64,000 bases of DNA from the human T2T-CHM13v2.0 reference genome, Homo sapiens, in NCBI RefSeq assembly GCF_009914755.1, contig NC_060937.1; one strand, written 5' to 3'. This document shows, piece by piece, positions 32,355 to 45,629 of this stretch; position 1 is the first letter of the stretch, and every line of letters begins with the position of its first letter. The notes below the pieces were generated by a model that saw nothing but the letters and a program-made list of their open reading frames with translations, ran no database searches and was not told the DNA's origin. The position numbers and the translations under genes are program-made.

Positions 32355-33080
32355 GTGCCACAGAGAATTGTGGAAGACATACAATTAAAGGGGAGAACAA
32401 AGAATTCAGGGAGAGATAGGGAATTGTGGGAAAGAATGGAGCCTTGTTGGAGAAAGCAGAGAATTCTGGGAAGAGCAAAGAGAACTGTGGGAGACCATAG
32501 AGGTTCACTGGATTATGGAGGATTGTGAGAGGGCACAGAAATTGTGGGAGGACATGGAGGACTGCAAGAGCAGGGAGGGTTGTGGAAGGGCAGAGAAGGC
32601 TGTGGGAGAGCACTGAGGATGGTGGGAGAAAACTGGATTATGGAAGAGAACGAGATTGTGGGAGAGCACAGGATTGTGGGAGGAAACAGAATTGTGGGTG
32701 AGAACAGAACACTGTGAGATAGTGAATTGTAGGAAAGAAAGTACGATGAGATAGAGAATTCACCCTGTGCTCTTCCACCCGCTTTTCTATTGGGTCCGCC
32801 CCTGTCAGGTCTGGCGGCGCCCTCACGGTCTGGCAGAGCCCTGCCCCTCTCTCCGAGGCCACACCATGTTTGCTCCTTCGTGACCACGTCCCCTCCTGCC
32901 CCACAACGCCTCTCCTGCTGGAGCCACATTTGCAGTTATTGATGGGCCTGCTGCTGTACTCCATCACAGTCACTAAGAATTGTGGGAGAGTCATGCAATT
33001 ATGAGAGGGAACAGGGGCTTCTGGAAGACTGTGGAAGAAGCAGGGACTTTTTGGAGAGACAAAGGAATGTGGTAGACACA
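32355..33080 (+). repeat. Degenerate ~18-20-bp tandem array (GAATTGTGGGAGAGCACAG-like) in two blocks
   Basis: About 20 units at 32355-32745 and about 5 more at 32975-33080. Confidence 0.8.
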
Positions 33081-34080
33081 TAAGTCAGTGGCCTTCTGTG
33101 TTTCGTGTGGTTCCTCCTGCGGAAGCCATATCTGGTCCATTATGACTACGCCCCTGTGCTCCGTCTGGGTCACCATCCCTCAAAGCCACCCACCCCTCTA
33201 CAATCTGGCTTGGGCCATGACTTCACTAAGCCCCTGCGCTTCTTCATGGCAACGCCCTGAAACCAGGCCCTTTGGCTCCACAGAGCCACGCTTTTCCTGG
33301 CAGGGCCACAACTACCCACACCACCATGACCCTCTTTTCCAGGCCAAACCTCTGCGCTCTGCCTTGGCCCTACCACCACCACCAGGACAAAGCTGCTTTT
33401 GTTCTCCTTGTCACTCCTTACCTCCCATTGCATTCTCGTGGCCAGACTGGAGCCTCTGAGCTCAGCTGTGTGCAGGGTCCTGCTCCTAGGGCCGTACTCT
33501 CTGTGCTGTCGTAACAACGCCTTCTCTGACAGGCCACACCTCTGTGCTCCGCCTCCACCACTCCCCTACCCGCTGGGAGGGGGCAAATGTGCTTTGGCTT
33601 TAGCACATCCCCCTCAGGCACCCTCCATTTCTCTCCCTCCAAGGTCTCCTCCCTGACTGGCCCCTATGCTCTTCCATGTCACGCCTGTCCCCACAGCTAC
33701 GCCCTATTCACTCTGATTGCTTCTCTAAATCGGCCACGCCCCCTCCCTAATTTCTGCCTCGCTTCTCTTCACCTGGGCCGTCCACTTCCCTTTGCCCAGA
33801 CCTCGCCCAGGCACTTCACCTGCCGCTTGCAATGGGCCATGACCACGCCCATCCTGTCCCAGCCAAGCTGGGGGCTGTATTTCTCTGCACCTCTGCTACA
33901 TGTGGGCCACGCCCCATTTTCGGAAACCCAGGATGTGGGATTTGGGAGATTGGGGTTAAACCCGCCCTGCCCCTAGAGTTTGGCTCCAGTGGCATTTGTA
34001 AAAAATGAGGCTTATGGAGCCATGATCCTCATCGAAAAAAAACTTTCTTTAGGGTTTCTCCCAGCTCCAAACGCCCCTAC
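32785..34080. promoter_or_regulatory. Putative promoter/enhancer: same-strand cluster of KLF/SP (GGCCACGCCC-like) boxes plus a CCAAT box
   Basis: Examples: ccgcccc 32796, gactacgcccc 33144, agctacgccc 33696, ggccacgcccc 33732 and 33905, gaccacgccc 33841; ATTGG 32789; locally raised GC and CpG. Confidence 0.55.
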
Positions 34081-34650
34081 TTGAAGGATGACCCAGTGAT
34101 GCAGTGAGGAAAGTGAGGAAACAGCTGGTGGATGAGTCGTTGAAACATATTCCTTCCAGCCAATTTTCATGTCTGATTTTCTTCCAGCCAGGTTTCCTGT
34201 CCTCGAACCCAACCTTTGGGCTGTGTTTCTTCTCAGCCGACCTTAAATCTATGCACCTGAATGGAGAAAGAACACTCCTCCACTTCCTAATGTCTCCTCC
34301 CAGTGACCTTTCCTAGGCACCCAGTTCCCTCTTGCTATCTAGGGACTGGCAAGACACCACCACACTTAGAGCAATTCTCTGGTTGGCAGCCCTCTGCTCT
34401 GAAAGTACTCTGCTATTCTTATTCCTTCCATTGACAACTCTTGAGTTCACAAGAAAAAGGAGAAGAGGTTATAACTAGCTCTCTTCCTTGTTCAGAAATC
34501 TCTGAACAGACCTTCCTGGGGAGAGGACACTTTCCATTAGCCAGTCAGTTATTCATTCAAAACCATATTTATCAAGTACTGTGCATGTTCTGGGGACTAA
34601 TAAGAGAAGCTTCAAGAAGCTTATAGCCTAAAGTTGCTGACTTGCATTTT

Positions 34651-34980
34651 TGGTTTTGTTTTGTTTTCTTTTGGTTTTCTTTTCTTTTTTTTTTTTTTTT
34701 TTTGACAGAGTCTCGCTCTGTCACCCAGGCTGGAGTGCATGGCGCGATCTCAGCTCACTGCACCTCCATCTCCCGGTTCAAGCGATTCTCGTGCCTCAGC
34801 CTCCCGAGTAGCTGGGATTACAGGTGCGAGCCACCACGCCCCGCTAATTTTTGTATTTTTAGTAGAGAGGGGGGTTTCACCATGTTGGTCAGGATGGTCT
34901 CAATCTCCTGACCTCAAGTGATCTGCCCGCCTTGGCCTCCCAAACTGCTAGGATTATAGGCATGAGCCACCGCTCCTGGC
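34651..34980 (-). mobile_element. AluS
   Basis: T-rich tail; TSD acttgcatttt (34640-34650, 34986-34996). Confidence 0.95.
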
Positions 34981-35702
34981 TGCCCACTTGCATTTTCATA
35001 GAACAAGAAATGCCTAGAAAGTTAAGAAAGGTGTGGTAAGGGGTTTATAGGTGGGAAAGGACTTGGTAATCACAGGTTTTCTTGATCCAATTAGTAGGGC
35101 TTTTTGGATAACAAACATAGGAAGTCACTTTTGTAGTACTTACTATAGTCCTTTACACAAAAACTTCTCAATCTTCATTGAATGTAAAAAAGAAAAAGAG
35201 GCAGAAGCAGCTTTCAGCTTTGATGAAGAAACGATTAGTTGTGAAGTCTGTCACAAGCGTATTGGCAACAAAAGTTCCAAAAATTGAAAACAAATTACTT
35301 TAAAAATAAATCAAAGTGGATTCAAGATTATTACCACTATTATAATGATGCTTTCAATCATTTGATTTGTTAATCAGAGACAGGAAGGGGTATAATTTCA
35401 GGCTATGGGTGGGAATTGAACTGTATACTGTCATGGGAGAATATCAGGAAGGCGAATGAATCTCATCCATCACGTGCATTCAGGTCGGAAAAAACTTGAG
35501 AATTCTGTCTTAGACGATCTTCTCCATCATTTCTCTCATTCAGGTATTTAACAGGACTATATGGATGACCACTGGAAGTTACTGTCTCTGAAAAGAGTGT
35601 TTCATACTGAGGCTGGCTCCACATGCTCTGGGAACTGGAAGACCATGTAAAAAGTTAATATTCTACCTTCAAGCTAAGAAGGTAGATTTGCACTCACTTT
35701 GC

Positions 35703-36246
35703 ATATTAGTTTTCTAGGGCTACATAACAAAATCTTGCAAACTTCGTGGCTTAGAATGACACAAATTTATTATTTCACAGTGTCTGTGGGTCTGCAGTCC
35801 AGATATGGTTTACCCAGGTCCTCTGCTCAGGGGCTCCCCAGGCTGAAATGAAGGTGTCAGCCAGGGCTGTGATATTATTAGAGGCTCAGGGTCCTCTTCC
35901 AAACCCACTGGCAGAATTCAGGACCTTATGGTTTTAGTACTGAGGCATTTAGCAACTAGAACCCCCTTCCCACACTGTTCCCTGCCACGTGTCCTTCTCC
36001 ACAACATGACAGTTTGCTTCGTTAAGGCCAGTAGAAAAATCTCTCTGGCTTATTTTAAGAGCTCACCTAGTAAGATCATGCCCTGCCAGGCTAATCTCTC
36101 TAATTTACAGTCAACTGATTGAATTATATCTGAAAAATTCCTTCACGGTAGTGCCTAGATTATTGTTTGACTGTATAACTGGGATAATGTGTATATACCA
36201 GTGGTAAGAAGTCCTTAGGGCCATTTTGAGAATTCTGCCTTCCACA
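35703..36246 (-). mobile_element. MLT1D/E-like LTR
   Basis: tattagttttct...acaaatttattat...aaggtgtcagccagggctg...gaattctgccttccaca. Confidence 0.75.
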
Positions 36247-37989
36247 TTTGAGACGGAAAACGTTTTCCTGTTTTAATATTTGTCACTACTGTGTTGCTAC
36301 TGAAATTCTTGAGAATCTAAGAACTGCCTTTCGCAATCTTTATTTTGGGGTAAAAATTATCTTTACAAAACTAGTACAGAGAATAGCTACCTCTTCTTGG
36401 CCACTTGGATATATTTAACATCAAAGGAACTTTTCTTTCTTTAATAGATGTTCTATCATAGTAAGACTGTGGAGAGTCGTGTGGGAAAATAAGACTAGTT
36501 AGATGCAAGAAATGTAGATCATGAAAGAGACTCCACAAGTAGAGGTCAAGGTACCATTCATTAAGAAAAGATTTTGTTGAATAGCCAGTCACCTGGATTA
36601 AATTAAGTCCATTTCCTTGGATACAGGCGCCTGGACTCTGACAACCAATTTGTTGTAGAATCCCTCTGTGCCTTTTCAGTAACCCACAGAAAATTTGGTA
36701 TTCAATACTTTGAGTCCATAAATCCATTAAAAAAATAAGAACGCACATTACTCTCTGGGAGGTCTGTTTGTTCTAATGCGCAAAGAATAAAATAATTATC
36801 TCACACAATGCTGCAGGTGTAGCATGTAAGAGCAACTTCAATAACTGTGTGTGCAACTGATAATAGGTCTCCAGTGAAAGAACAGTTTTAGATCTCCCTT
36901 TTCTCACAGTTTCTTTTCTTATAAAGTAGCTGATGCCAAAATGAGCTCAATTGCTCATTTTGGGGGCCTTCAAACGCTGCAGTCATATTATTGGGCCTTT
37001 TGTTTAATATATTCTATCCATAAGCTGCTGGCTGATCTATTCAGAGAGCTCAAACCTTTGTGTCTGCCCTTGGGAATAGATGCATGGCCTCAGTTTTGAG
37101 TCAGGAAGTGCAGTTTCTCATCTTGAGTCTGCCTCTGACTTACACTCAATTGCTTTGGTTCCATTTTTAAATGCCAATAAAGCTGAAAATGTCAGTACTA
37201 TTCCAAAAATAAATTTGTTTTTGTCCACGAGTAATTGTGAAGTCATTGTATAAGGAACTATGAAGTCTAGTTCAGTAGTGTTATTCAAAGATGCATCTGT
37301 GTGTCTGATGTTGTGAGACATACAGAAATGGATTCCTTTGCAAACGATTATCTTGTCAATAGTTTACAAAATGCCAGCTGTTCAAGTAAAAAACAAAACA
37401 AAACAAACTTGGCTCTGGACTTGAAAAAAATTAAAAACAGAAGGTTAATTTTAAAAATGAAAACACTTTTATTGGGTTAACCAACACGTAAATTGAAAAA
37501 CAATAAAATTAATTAAAAACACTTGAGTTCTAGAAACACCGTTGCTAACTGTCTTACTGCTTCTCCCCAGCCCTCAGCAGATGACTTGCTGAGAAAATGG
37601 ACCACCCCAGGCAGAATCTCTTCATTCTCACTTCCCAAACCTTTACTGCACACTTACCTCCAGGTGCCCCATGAATGGCTATTTGAATGAATGAATGCAG
37701 TTCCCTATTTTTTTTGACTCTTTGACCCTTGTCAAGTAGAAGAAATGCTCTCCTCTTGCTGAACTAAATCTTCTGGAGACTAAATCTTCCACCTGTGCTT
37801 TGGCTGCGTTCTCCAAAGCAGTTCTTGTGTCCTCCCACATTAGGAACCTGGCTTCATCAGTCAGTCCTTCTCTTGTATAACTTCTATCTCTCTTGGATCT
37901 CTCCATTTTTCTATTAACATGTAACATGTTTCAGCTCTCTTTTCTCTGATTTATGTGTGTGTGTCTGTGTACACACATACACATACTTA

Positions 37990-39300
37990 GTACACATCCA
38001 CACACGTCACAATTTATTTAGACGTTTCCTTGTTATAAGCATTTTGTTTGCTTGCTCTTACAAACATGTCCTTGTCTTCTTGCACACATGTGTGACAGTT
38101 TCTTAGGACATCAGTCCTCAAAGATTCTAGCCCAGACCTATTAAAATAGAATTTCCAGAGCTGTTTCTTAAAGCCTCACAGGTAATTCTAATGAGCAGCT
38201 TCAGCTGAGAGCTGCAGCTCTAGGGTAAATGAGAAGTAGAATATATGGGTAAGAGGCTGTGTATATTTTGAACTTTGTTAGATGTCGCACAATTACTCCC
38301 CAATAGTTATACCTATTTTCTTTTCCATAGTAAGAAGGATTTTTGTTTTCGGCTTACTTGATACCATGTGGTATTGTCAGACTTTTTTTTTTTATTCTTC
38401 CCAATCCGGGTGTAAACTTGTGTTTTATATTTTTATTCTGATTTACCCCCAATTACTGGTGAAGAACAATGTCTTTTAATATATGTTTTTTCATTCTGTT
38501 TTTTCCTCTGTAAATTGCCTGTTCACACATCTTGTCTATTTTTCTGTTGGTGTGTTTGTCTTTTTCTTATTGATTTATAGGTGATGTTTAAAATACGTCT
38601 GTATAATAATTTCTGTCTATATGTAGAAAATATATTTTCCCAGTCTATTGTTAGTCTTTTAAATTTGTGGATTCTTCAGTGAAATTATTTGTATTCAGTT
38701 TCCATGTCTACTATTTGTGATAAATTTTTCATTTTTTTAGAACTGGAATTGACTATTATTAGGCTTTTTTTTTCCTTCATGTGGATTTCAGTACCAATTT
38801 ATGAAGTCTAGTGAGAAAATTATGTTGGGATTCTGTAACTGCATTGAGTTGGTAGACTAATTGGCATCTTTAAGCTATTGAGTCTTCCCTTTTTTGAAAA
38901 TGGGGGTATCTTTCCATTTATGTAAGTCTTCTTTCATATCTTTCAGTAACGTTCTTAAACATCTTCATAATGATCCTTCACATCATTTTAATATCCTTTT
39001 AAAATTTATTCCTTGATATCTATTTAGAGCTTTTATTGCTATTGTAAATTGGATCTTTCCATTATGATTTTTACTTGGTTATTACTGATGTCAAACAAGA
39101 ATATTGATTTTTACATGTTGGTACTTATCAAGTAATCTTATAAAGTTGTAGTGACTCTAGAATGTCTTGGCTTTTTATGTATACAATTTTATTGACTGCA
39201 AATGAGAATTTTGTTTCTTTACTTTTCTAATCCTTATATCTCATGTCTTTTTCTTGTTTGTTTGTTAACTGTTTAACTGTTTGGAATGTTGACTAGAACA
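37990..39300 (-). mobile_element. Old L1ME-like fragments with a MER5 piece (about 38113-38220)
   Basis: T-rich; aaattgcctgttcac, attgctattgtaaat, attgatttt motifs. Confidence 0.65.
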
Positions 39301-39314
39301 GTGTGTAAGGACAC

Positions 39315-39716
39315 TGTGATGTGTCACCCAGATCCCCCTTTAAGGACAGGCTTGTTTCCCCAGCTGCTGGGAGCACTGTCAGCAGACAGTCTTCAGCTTG
39401 TATCCCCCTTCAGGGATTGCCTTTGCTGCAGAGAGCCACTTTGTGCACGGTCACACCTTCCCTGGGCTGGCCCACATCAATGATGAAAGATCTTGGCCCA
39501 GCTTTGGGACAACTCCAAAGAGCCATTCTAGCTCCTTATCTCCCCTGGGTTGGCTGAAGCTATTGTTGGACCTGCTTTACAGTTCAACTTTTCCCTTGCC
39601 CAATCCTGCTTCCTTCTTTATCTTCCGATTGGTGTTGATCCAAGGACACTTCTTAATAAATCCTCTGCAAGCTAAACTCCATTTCAGAGCCTGCTTCCTA
39701 AAGCACCAACTATGAT
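39315..39716 (+). mobile_element. LTR16-like (ERVL) LTR
   Basis: ccagctgctgggag...gggacaactc...gcccaatcctgcttcc...aataaa...ctccatttcagagcctgcttcc. Confidence 0.75.
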
Positions 39717-40351
39717 GTAACAACTCCGGGCATCTTTGAGCTTTGTAGAGAATGCCTTGCTAGCAATCAGAGTTTGAGATCCAAGCAAGTGAGAATTTCT
39801 CTGGGTTGTTTGAGCGGAATGTAACCCCCATGGATGTGAGGATGTTCATCTGTTTTATTTACTAATGTACTACATGTACGTATAAAGGAAAAAAAATACA
39901 TTGAAGGGATATAGGACCACTTAGAAATGACAGGGAACGTCAGAGACATAGGCTTGGAAGAGGAGAAAAAAATCAAGGGAGACTTGAAAGTCATGACCAT
40001 AGCCAAACTCAAATACCTGACACGGACTCTGCTGCTGCAATGAGTATCTCCTTGTACCACTGCCACTGAACACCACGTGGTGCTACCTCCCCTGCTGAAA
40101 GGAATCCTCTACAGTCCTTTTTGATTCATCTCATTTTCTTCAGAATCAAAATCCAGAAGGGAATGGCATGGTGGTCCTAATCCTGGCAGCCAGGGCATGG
40201 ATCGCTTCAACTTTGGAAGTGGAAGAGGGGCTCTGTCCCTCCCCAGGATTTTTGAAATCAAGAGCTTCTCAAATAGCAAGAAAAGTTGAAATGCTGGGCA
40301 GCAAAAAACATGAAAAATATCCATTGCAGCTTCTAAAATTGTACTTTTAGG

Positions 40352-40554
40352 CAGCTTTGTGCTGGTAAACACTTAACAATTGGCACTCCAGAAGAAAGAA
40401 GCATTGATGTGTAGCATTTGCCAATTTCTGGGGTGAAAATACTCCTACCGTGGCTAATTTCAAGCTACCAATGTGATGTTTCTTCACACAGAATTGGTAA
40501 GATATGGAAGCTGTCCTCTCATAAGCCATCATGAACTGGCTCCAGAACACCACT
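40352..40554. mobile_element. MER63A-like hAT MITE
   Basis: gtgctggtaaac...gtagcatttgccaatttc...aaatactcc...ttcaagctacca...ggctccagaacaccactg. Confidence 0.75.
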
Positions 40555-40829
40555 GCAATAGTATAATGATTGTAAGAAATTCTAGTTCTTTTTTTTCTAA
40601 AAAAAAAAATGAAAAAAATAAAAAAGAAATCCCACATTCCCCTTAAGTCACTGCCTGTCACAGCTGATGGACATGGAAAGATTCTCTATACCTGCAAGCT
40701 GCACGACCTCAAATCATTCATCTCTCACCTCTACTTTAAATCTATCCACTTCAATATGTATTATCCAATTAGGATATGTTGGCCAAATTTCCTGAACAAT
40801 TTCCTGCACTTAAATTGTGTTCTGCAACA

Positions 40830-41620
40830 TTCTCTACCATGAACTTCTGTTGTCCTTCATGAAACTCCTCCGTTAGCACCTGCAACACCACATTCTCCTG
40901 TGTTCTGATTCTCTACCTGGCCCTTCTTGGTCTCTTTTATGAATATCCCATTTTCTGGAGCTCCCCATGAATGCTGGGATTCTCCACAGATCTTTCTTGG
41001 CCTCTTTTCACACTCAACATCACTATCTATAAAGTAGACTCTTCATTCTAAATTTCCAGCGCTGTTCTTTACATTGAGGTTAGATTTATATAAGTAGTTC
41101 AAACTGCTGTTGGAAAATTTTGTCTGAAAGTCTCCTAGACATTTCAAACTTGACATGCTTAAAATGGAACCCATTGTCTTCCACCCAGCTTACTCCCTTG
41201 CTCCATCCCCACCTTTTCCTCTCACCCCAGCCAAAACCTTTCACTCCTGTGTTTCTTATAAAAGCTAGAAACATATGAGCAATCTTCAAGTCCTATCTTT
41301 CTTTAACTCACATAAAATTATTACCTAGTCTTATAGATTCTTCCATTTGCAATGCCATGGCTTAAGATGAAACCACCATTCACTTAAAAAATGTAGTATC
41401 TTCCTCATTGGCTTTCTTGCCGCACTACAAGTTATTGACTCCAAGACCCAAGTGTTCTTTTCAAAGTCACTTCTGATATTACCACCTTTCGACTAAAAAT
41501 CTTTCAATGATACCCAACAGTTCCTAGGAAGAAAAAATACTTTACCAAGACATTCATGGTCTACGTTGCTCTTTATGATTTACTCCTGAGCATTCATTGC
41601 CAATCCTAGCTTCCTACTGT
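40830..41620 (+). mobile_element. L2
   Basis: tagacatttcaaacttgacatg...ttcaatgatacc. Confidence 0.65.
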
Positions 41621-42084
41621 ATAGCAGTAAAGTGGTTTTAGGAATTGGCCCTTGCTTCAGAGGCAGCTCCTGCTTAGTCCAGAAAATCATGTTATGCCCC
41701 TTGTCAATGATTGATTTGGGAAACCTGGGCTGAGACAATTAATGCTGAGCATTTGCCTGGAGACATTTACTGGTGGAGCCGTGGATGTGGTATCTAAGTT
41801 GAGCCAATCTAAGACCGAAATGAGGAAGTTTATTCCATGAATAAGAGCGTTCTCTCTTTTCATGTTGAGGTAAACAACAGCAACAAAAATGTGGCCTTGA
41901 GTATTCCTGGCCACCACCTTAATAAGCTAAAATTGATGCTGTGGAAGGCAAAGCCGAATGACAAACCAACCAAGACTGAACATGTCATGACTTACCTTAT
42001 TTTTTAAAACTGATTTGAAATTATTCTGAACATTATCAGGCTCTTCATGATACAGTTTCATCTTCCTCTCTCCTTATTTGGCCT

Positions 42085-42668
42085 CTTGCTCTCAAAGTGT
42101 TGTCTGCGGAGCAGCAGCATGGATCATCAAAGAATTGGTTAGAAACACAAACCTCAGGCCCACCCTAGACCTACTGAATCAGAATCTGCATATTAGTAAG
42201 ATCCCTAGGTGATCATATGCACATTAGAATTTGAGAAGCATTTGACTGGGGGGTTCTTAAAATTGTGGTTCCCAGACCAGCAGCATCAGCATCACCTGGA
42301 AATTTATTAGGAATACAAATGCTTAGGCCCCACCCAAGACCTGCCAAATCAGAACCTCTGCGAGTAGGGTCCAGCAATCTATGTTTTGATGGCTCTGTGA
42401 TTTTTCCTCCAATACTGTGGATAGGATTTGCATTTTTAGTTGATGCTGATATTACCTGTTCCTAGGCTATTCTTTGGTATCTACTGCCCTACACTACTGG
42501 TTCCTAAAGTTGGCTGCATATTAAAGTCAGCCAGAGAGCTTTAGAAATGACTGATATCTGCATCACACCTCTAGATAATTCTGACTTGATATGGAGTATG
42601 ACCTGGGCATTGGAGAGTTTTCAGAGCGCCTCAGATTATTCTAATTTTCTCCAATTTAAGGCCATTGA
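42085..42668. mobile_element. Cluster of three MER5A/B-family elements
   Basis: agacctactgaatcagaatctgca; cagcagcatcagcatcacctgg; aagttggctgcatatta...cctgggcattgg. Confidence 0.8.
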
Positions 42669-43159
42669 TCTATACTCTAGTCATTACTAGATTGCTTTTG
42701 CTGTTTCTCTAGAGCCATAGAGCTTTCAGTCTTTTTCTACACCAATCCATTTGTTTTTCCCCTCTCACCTTTCCCATCCCTTGACTGATCCGTATTTGCC
42801 TTTGATGAGTCAGTACAGGAGTCACCTATTGCCAATACTTTCCCCTGTTGGCCAAATTTAGATTAAGTACCCATCACCTCCATCATCTACTTATGTGATA
42901 TACAAGGCTGTTCTCATGTTGTATTCTGCTTTATTTCTTAGGAACTGCCTTCCTCATAGGATTACAGTTTTTTTTTTCTTTTTAGTGTGGTAAGTCAGTC
43001 ATATACACTATTTCATTTCTTGTGTCTAAACAAGGCCTGCTTAAAAAAAATGGGTGCTCAATAAGTATTTGTTGAATAAATGCATTATGACAGAAATTAT
43101 GTTTTTTACTTCTTGATTGTCCTTCTGTCTGATAAATATACTAGCTTCTAAAAAAAATA

Positions 43160-43292
43160 CTTGCCTGGTGCCCTGAAGTACATCTATAGTTCCAGGTAAT
43201 CAGGAGGTTGAGGCAGGAGGATCCTTGAACCCAGGAGTTCAAGGCCCACTTGGGCAACATTGTGAGACCTATCTCTATTTTTTAAAAAATAA
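43160..43292 (+). mobile_element. FLAM / Alu monomer
   Basis: gaggcaggaggatccttgaacccaggagttcaagg...gggcaacat. Confidence 0.75.
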
Positions 43293-43514
43293 ACATCTAA
43301 CCTTTCATAATTGTTCTTAAAGGAATTCCTTTAATTTTAAACACCCCAATAAAACTGGAAAATGCCATATATGTAGGAAATTAAAGCTAGGTAAACTTAG
43401 TTAATGCCACTGATTTACTACTGAGTAAGAACAGCACGTTGTATAAATTGAGCTATTTTTCACTGGGGCCAGAATGTGGATTTGACTAAGATTGGATTGC
43501 TAGGATGACTATAT

Positions 43515-43740
43515 ATAGCATCAATGTGATTAAGAGCCTGGTCTTCGGAGTAGACAATTCAGCTTTGCCACTTACTCATCGTGCGTCTCTAGGTAGCTGC
43601 TCGACTTCTTTGAACCTCAATATTGTTACCTCTAAGATCCACATTGTAATGTCTTCCTCACAGAGATATGTAAGGCTTAGATGAGACAATGCTTATCAGG
43701 CAAGTAGCACCATATGTGGGATGTGTAAGTGCCCCATGTC
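43515..43740 (+). mobile_element. MIR
   Basis: gctttgccacttact...tgaacctca. Confidence 0.6.
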
Positions 43741-44654
43741 TGGGAACCAGGAGCTATTAGGGTATTTCCAAATTCCACTTAGACTTTACCTCCATCTTTG
43801 GTAAAGTTTAAGTAGGTACAGTTTACCGCCATCTTTGCTGATCTAATTCTTTTAAAAAATATAAGCATGGGAGCCTTTGCATTTTATATTTAAGTCCTGA
43901 TTATCCAGGGGCAAAAACAGAAAGAAACTGTCTCCAGACCTACTCCCTCCCTGCCACCCACACAAACCTCTGCTTTTACAGCTATTAGTTTCATTTCTTT
44001 CCCCAGAACAATAGCTACTTTCCAAAGTAATGAAAACCCCAAAAAGATGGCCGAAAGGAACAGAAGGTTCAGAGGGCTAATCTGTGGATAACTGGCTCAT
44101 AGGCAGCAAATTATTCATTCTAATCGAGAGTTTCGGGAATGCAGGCCTCCATAGCAGATGCCAAGCTGAGCAAGAGGAAAGAAATCACACAATTTCCCTG
44201 GAGGTTGAGTTGAGGCCCACAGCTATAAAATATAGCCTTTTGTGTGCTGAATGCTGAACCGGGACACATTAAGACAAGAGATGTTTATTTATAGGCATCA
44301 ATAAAGTGAAAGCATAAGCCATATGAACAGAATTGGGCTGGTCAAGGACAGTTAATTCCTGCAAATACCTTGTTACTCATTGAATGTAAATGATCTACTT
44401 CTGCATTTTATCATGTTTACACAGTGATATTCTGTGGTGGCTGCTTCCAGGTTTATGTGTGTTTTTAATCTGGGAAAGTCCAGGGTTTATTCAACTCTTA
44501 TGATGAATGAAAGGTCATTGGTAAAAATCAGGAACCAATCTAAACTGAAAAGATAGCAAGTCTGGCCAAAAGTGTATTAACTTATTTCAATAGTTTCTTT
44601 AGAAATCTATCATCTTGACATAAGAAATGGCTTCTCACATTGCAAATAAAAGAT

Positions 44655-44915
44655 CAGAATTGTTTTGGCTATTCAAGGTCTCTCATGGTTTTATATGAAT
44701 TTAGGATTGTTTTTTCCACTTATGTGAAAAATTTGATTGGAATTTTGATAGGGATTGCACTGAATCTGTAGATCACTTTGGGTAGTATGGACATTTTCAC
44801 AATATTAATTCTTCCAATCCATGAACACAAAACATCTTTCCATTTGTGTTTTATTCAGTTTCTTCCGTCAGTGTTTTAGAGTTTTCAGTATATCACTTCC
44901 TTTGTTAAATTTGTC
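44655..44915 (-). mobile_element. Old L1M ORF2 fragment
   Basis: ggattgcactgaatctgtagatcactttgggtagtatggacattttcacaatattaattcttccaatccatgaaca. Confidence 0.85.
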
Positions 44916-45327
44916 GATTAAAAATAGCAGATATTTTGATTAAATAAGCATCAACAACACCCCCAAATGGTGCCTTCTGCTTTCATTCGAGTCACAAAGG
45001 GTACTTTTGCACAGATGTGCCAGGTGAAAGGGAGTAAAGTGAGAGAGAAATAAGCAGAACTCCAAACTGTAGGTACCATATTTTATTTAAATGATCTATT
45101 GACCAATGAAGTAGTTACTGTGCATTAGCCACATTTTACAGATAAAGAACTAGAGAATCAACAAGCTTGACTTATTTACCTAAGACCAACAAAGTTAGTA
45201 AGCCACAGGGTGGGGCACCAAACCTTGGTGTATTAGCCTAGTTGAATCCTGAGCCTCCCTCTACAATAATATTTTTATGTTTCTTAGAAGAAAAAATGTT
45301 GTGTGTGTGAGAGTGTGTGTTTTCTTT

Positions 45328-45629
<302 letters not shown>

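Noticed and set aside
32355-32745. CRISPR-like repeat-spacer appearance
   Set aside because: Eukaryotic DNA, ~20-bp period, degenerate repeats, no cas genes.
32513-33976. 115-147 aa ORFs in the GC-rich element
   Set aside because: Stop-codon depletion from GC-rich repeats; low-complexity translations in several frames.
44043-44231. YY1-like AAGATGGCCG and TATA-like TATAAAA
   Set aside because: Isolated short motifs with no other promoter support.
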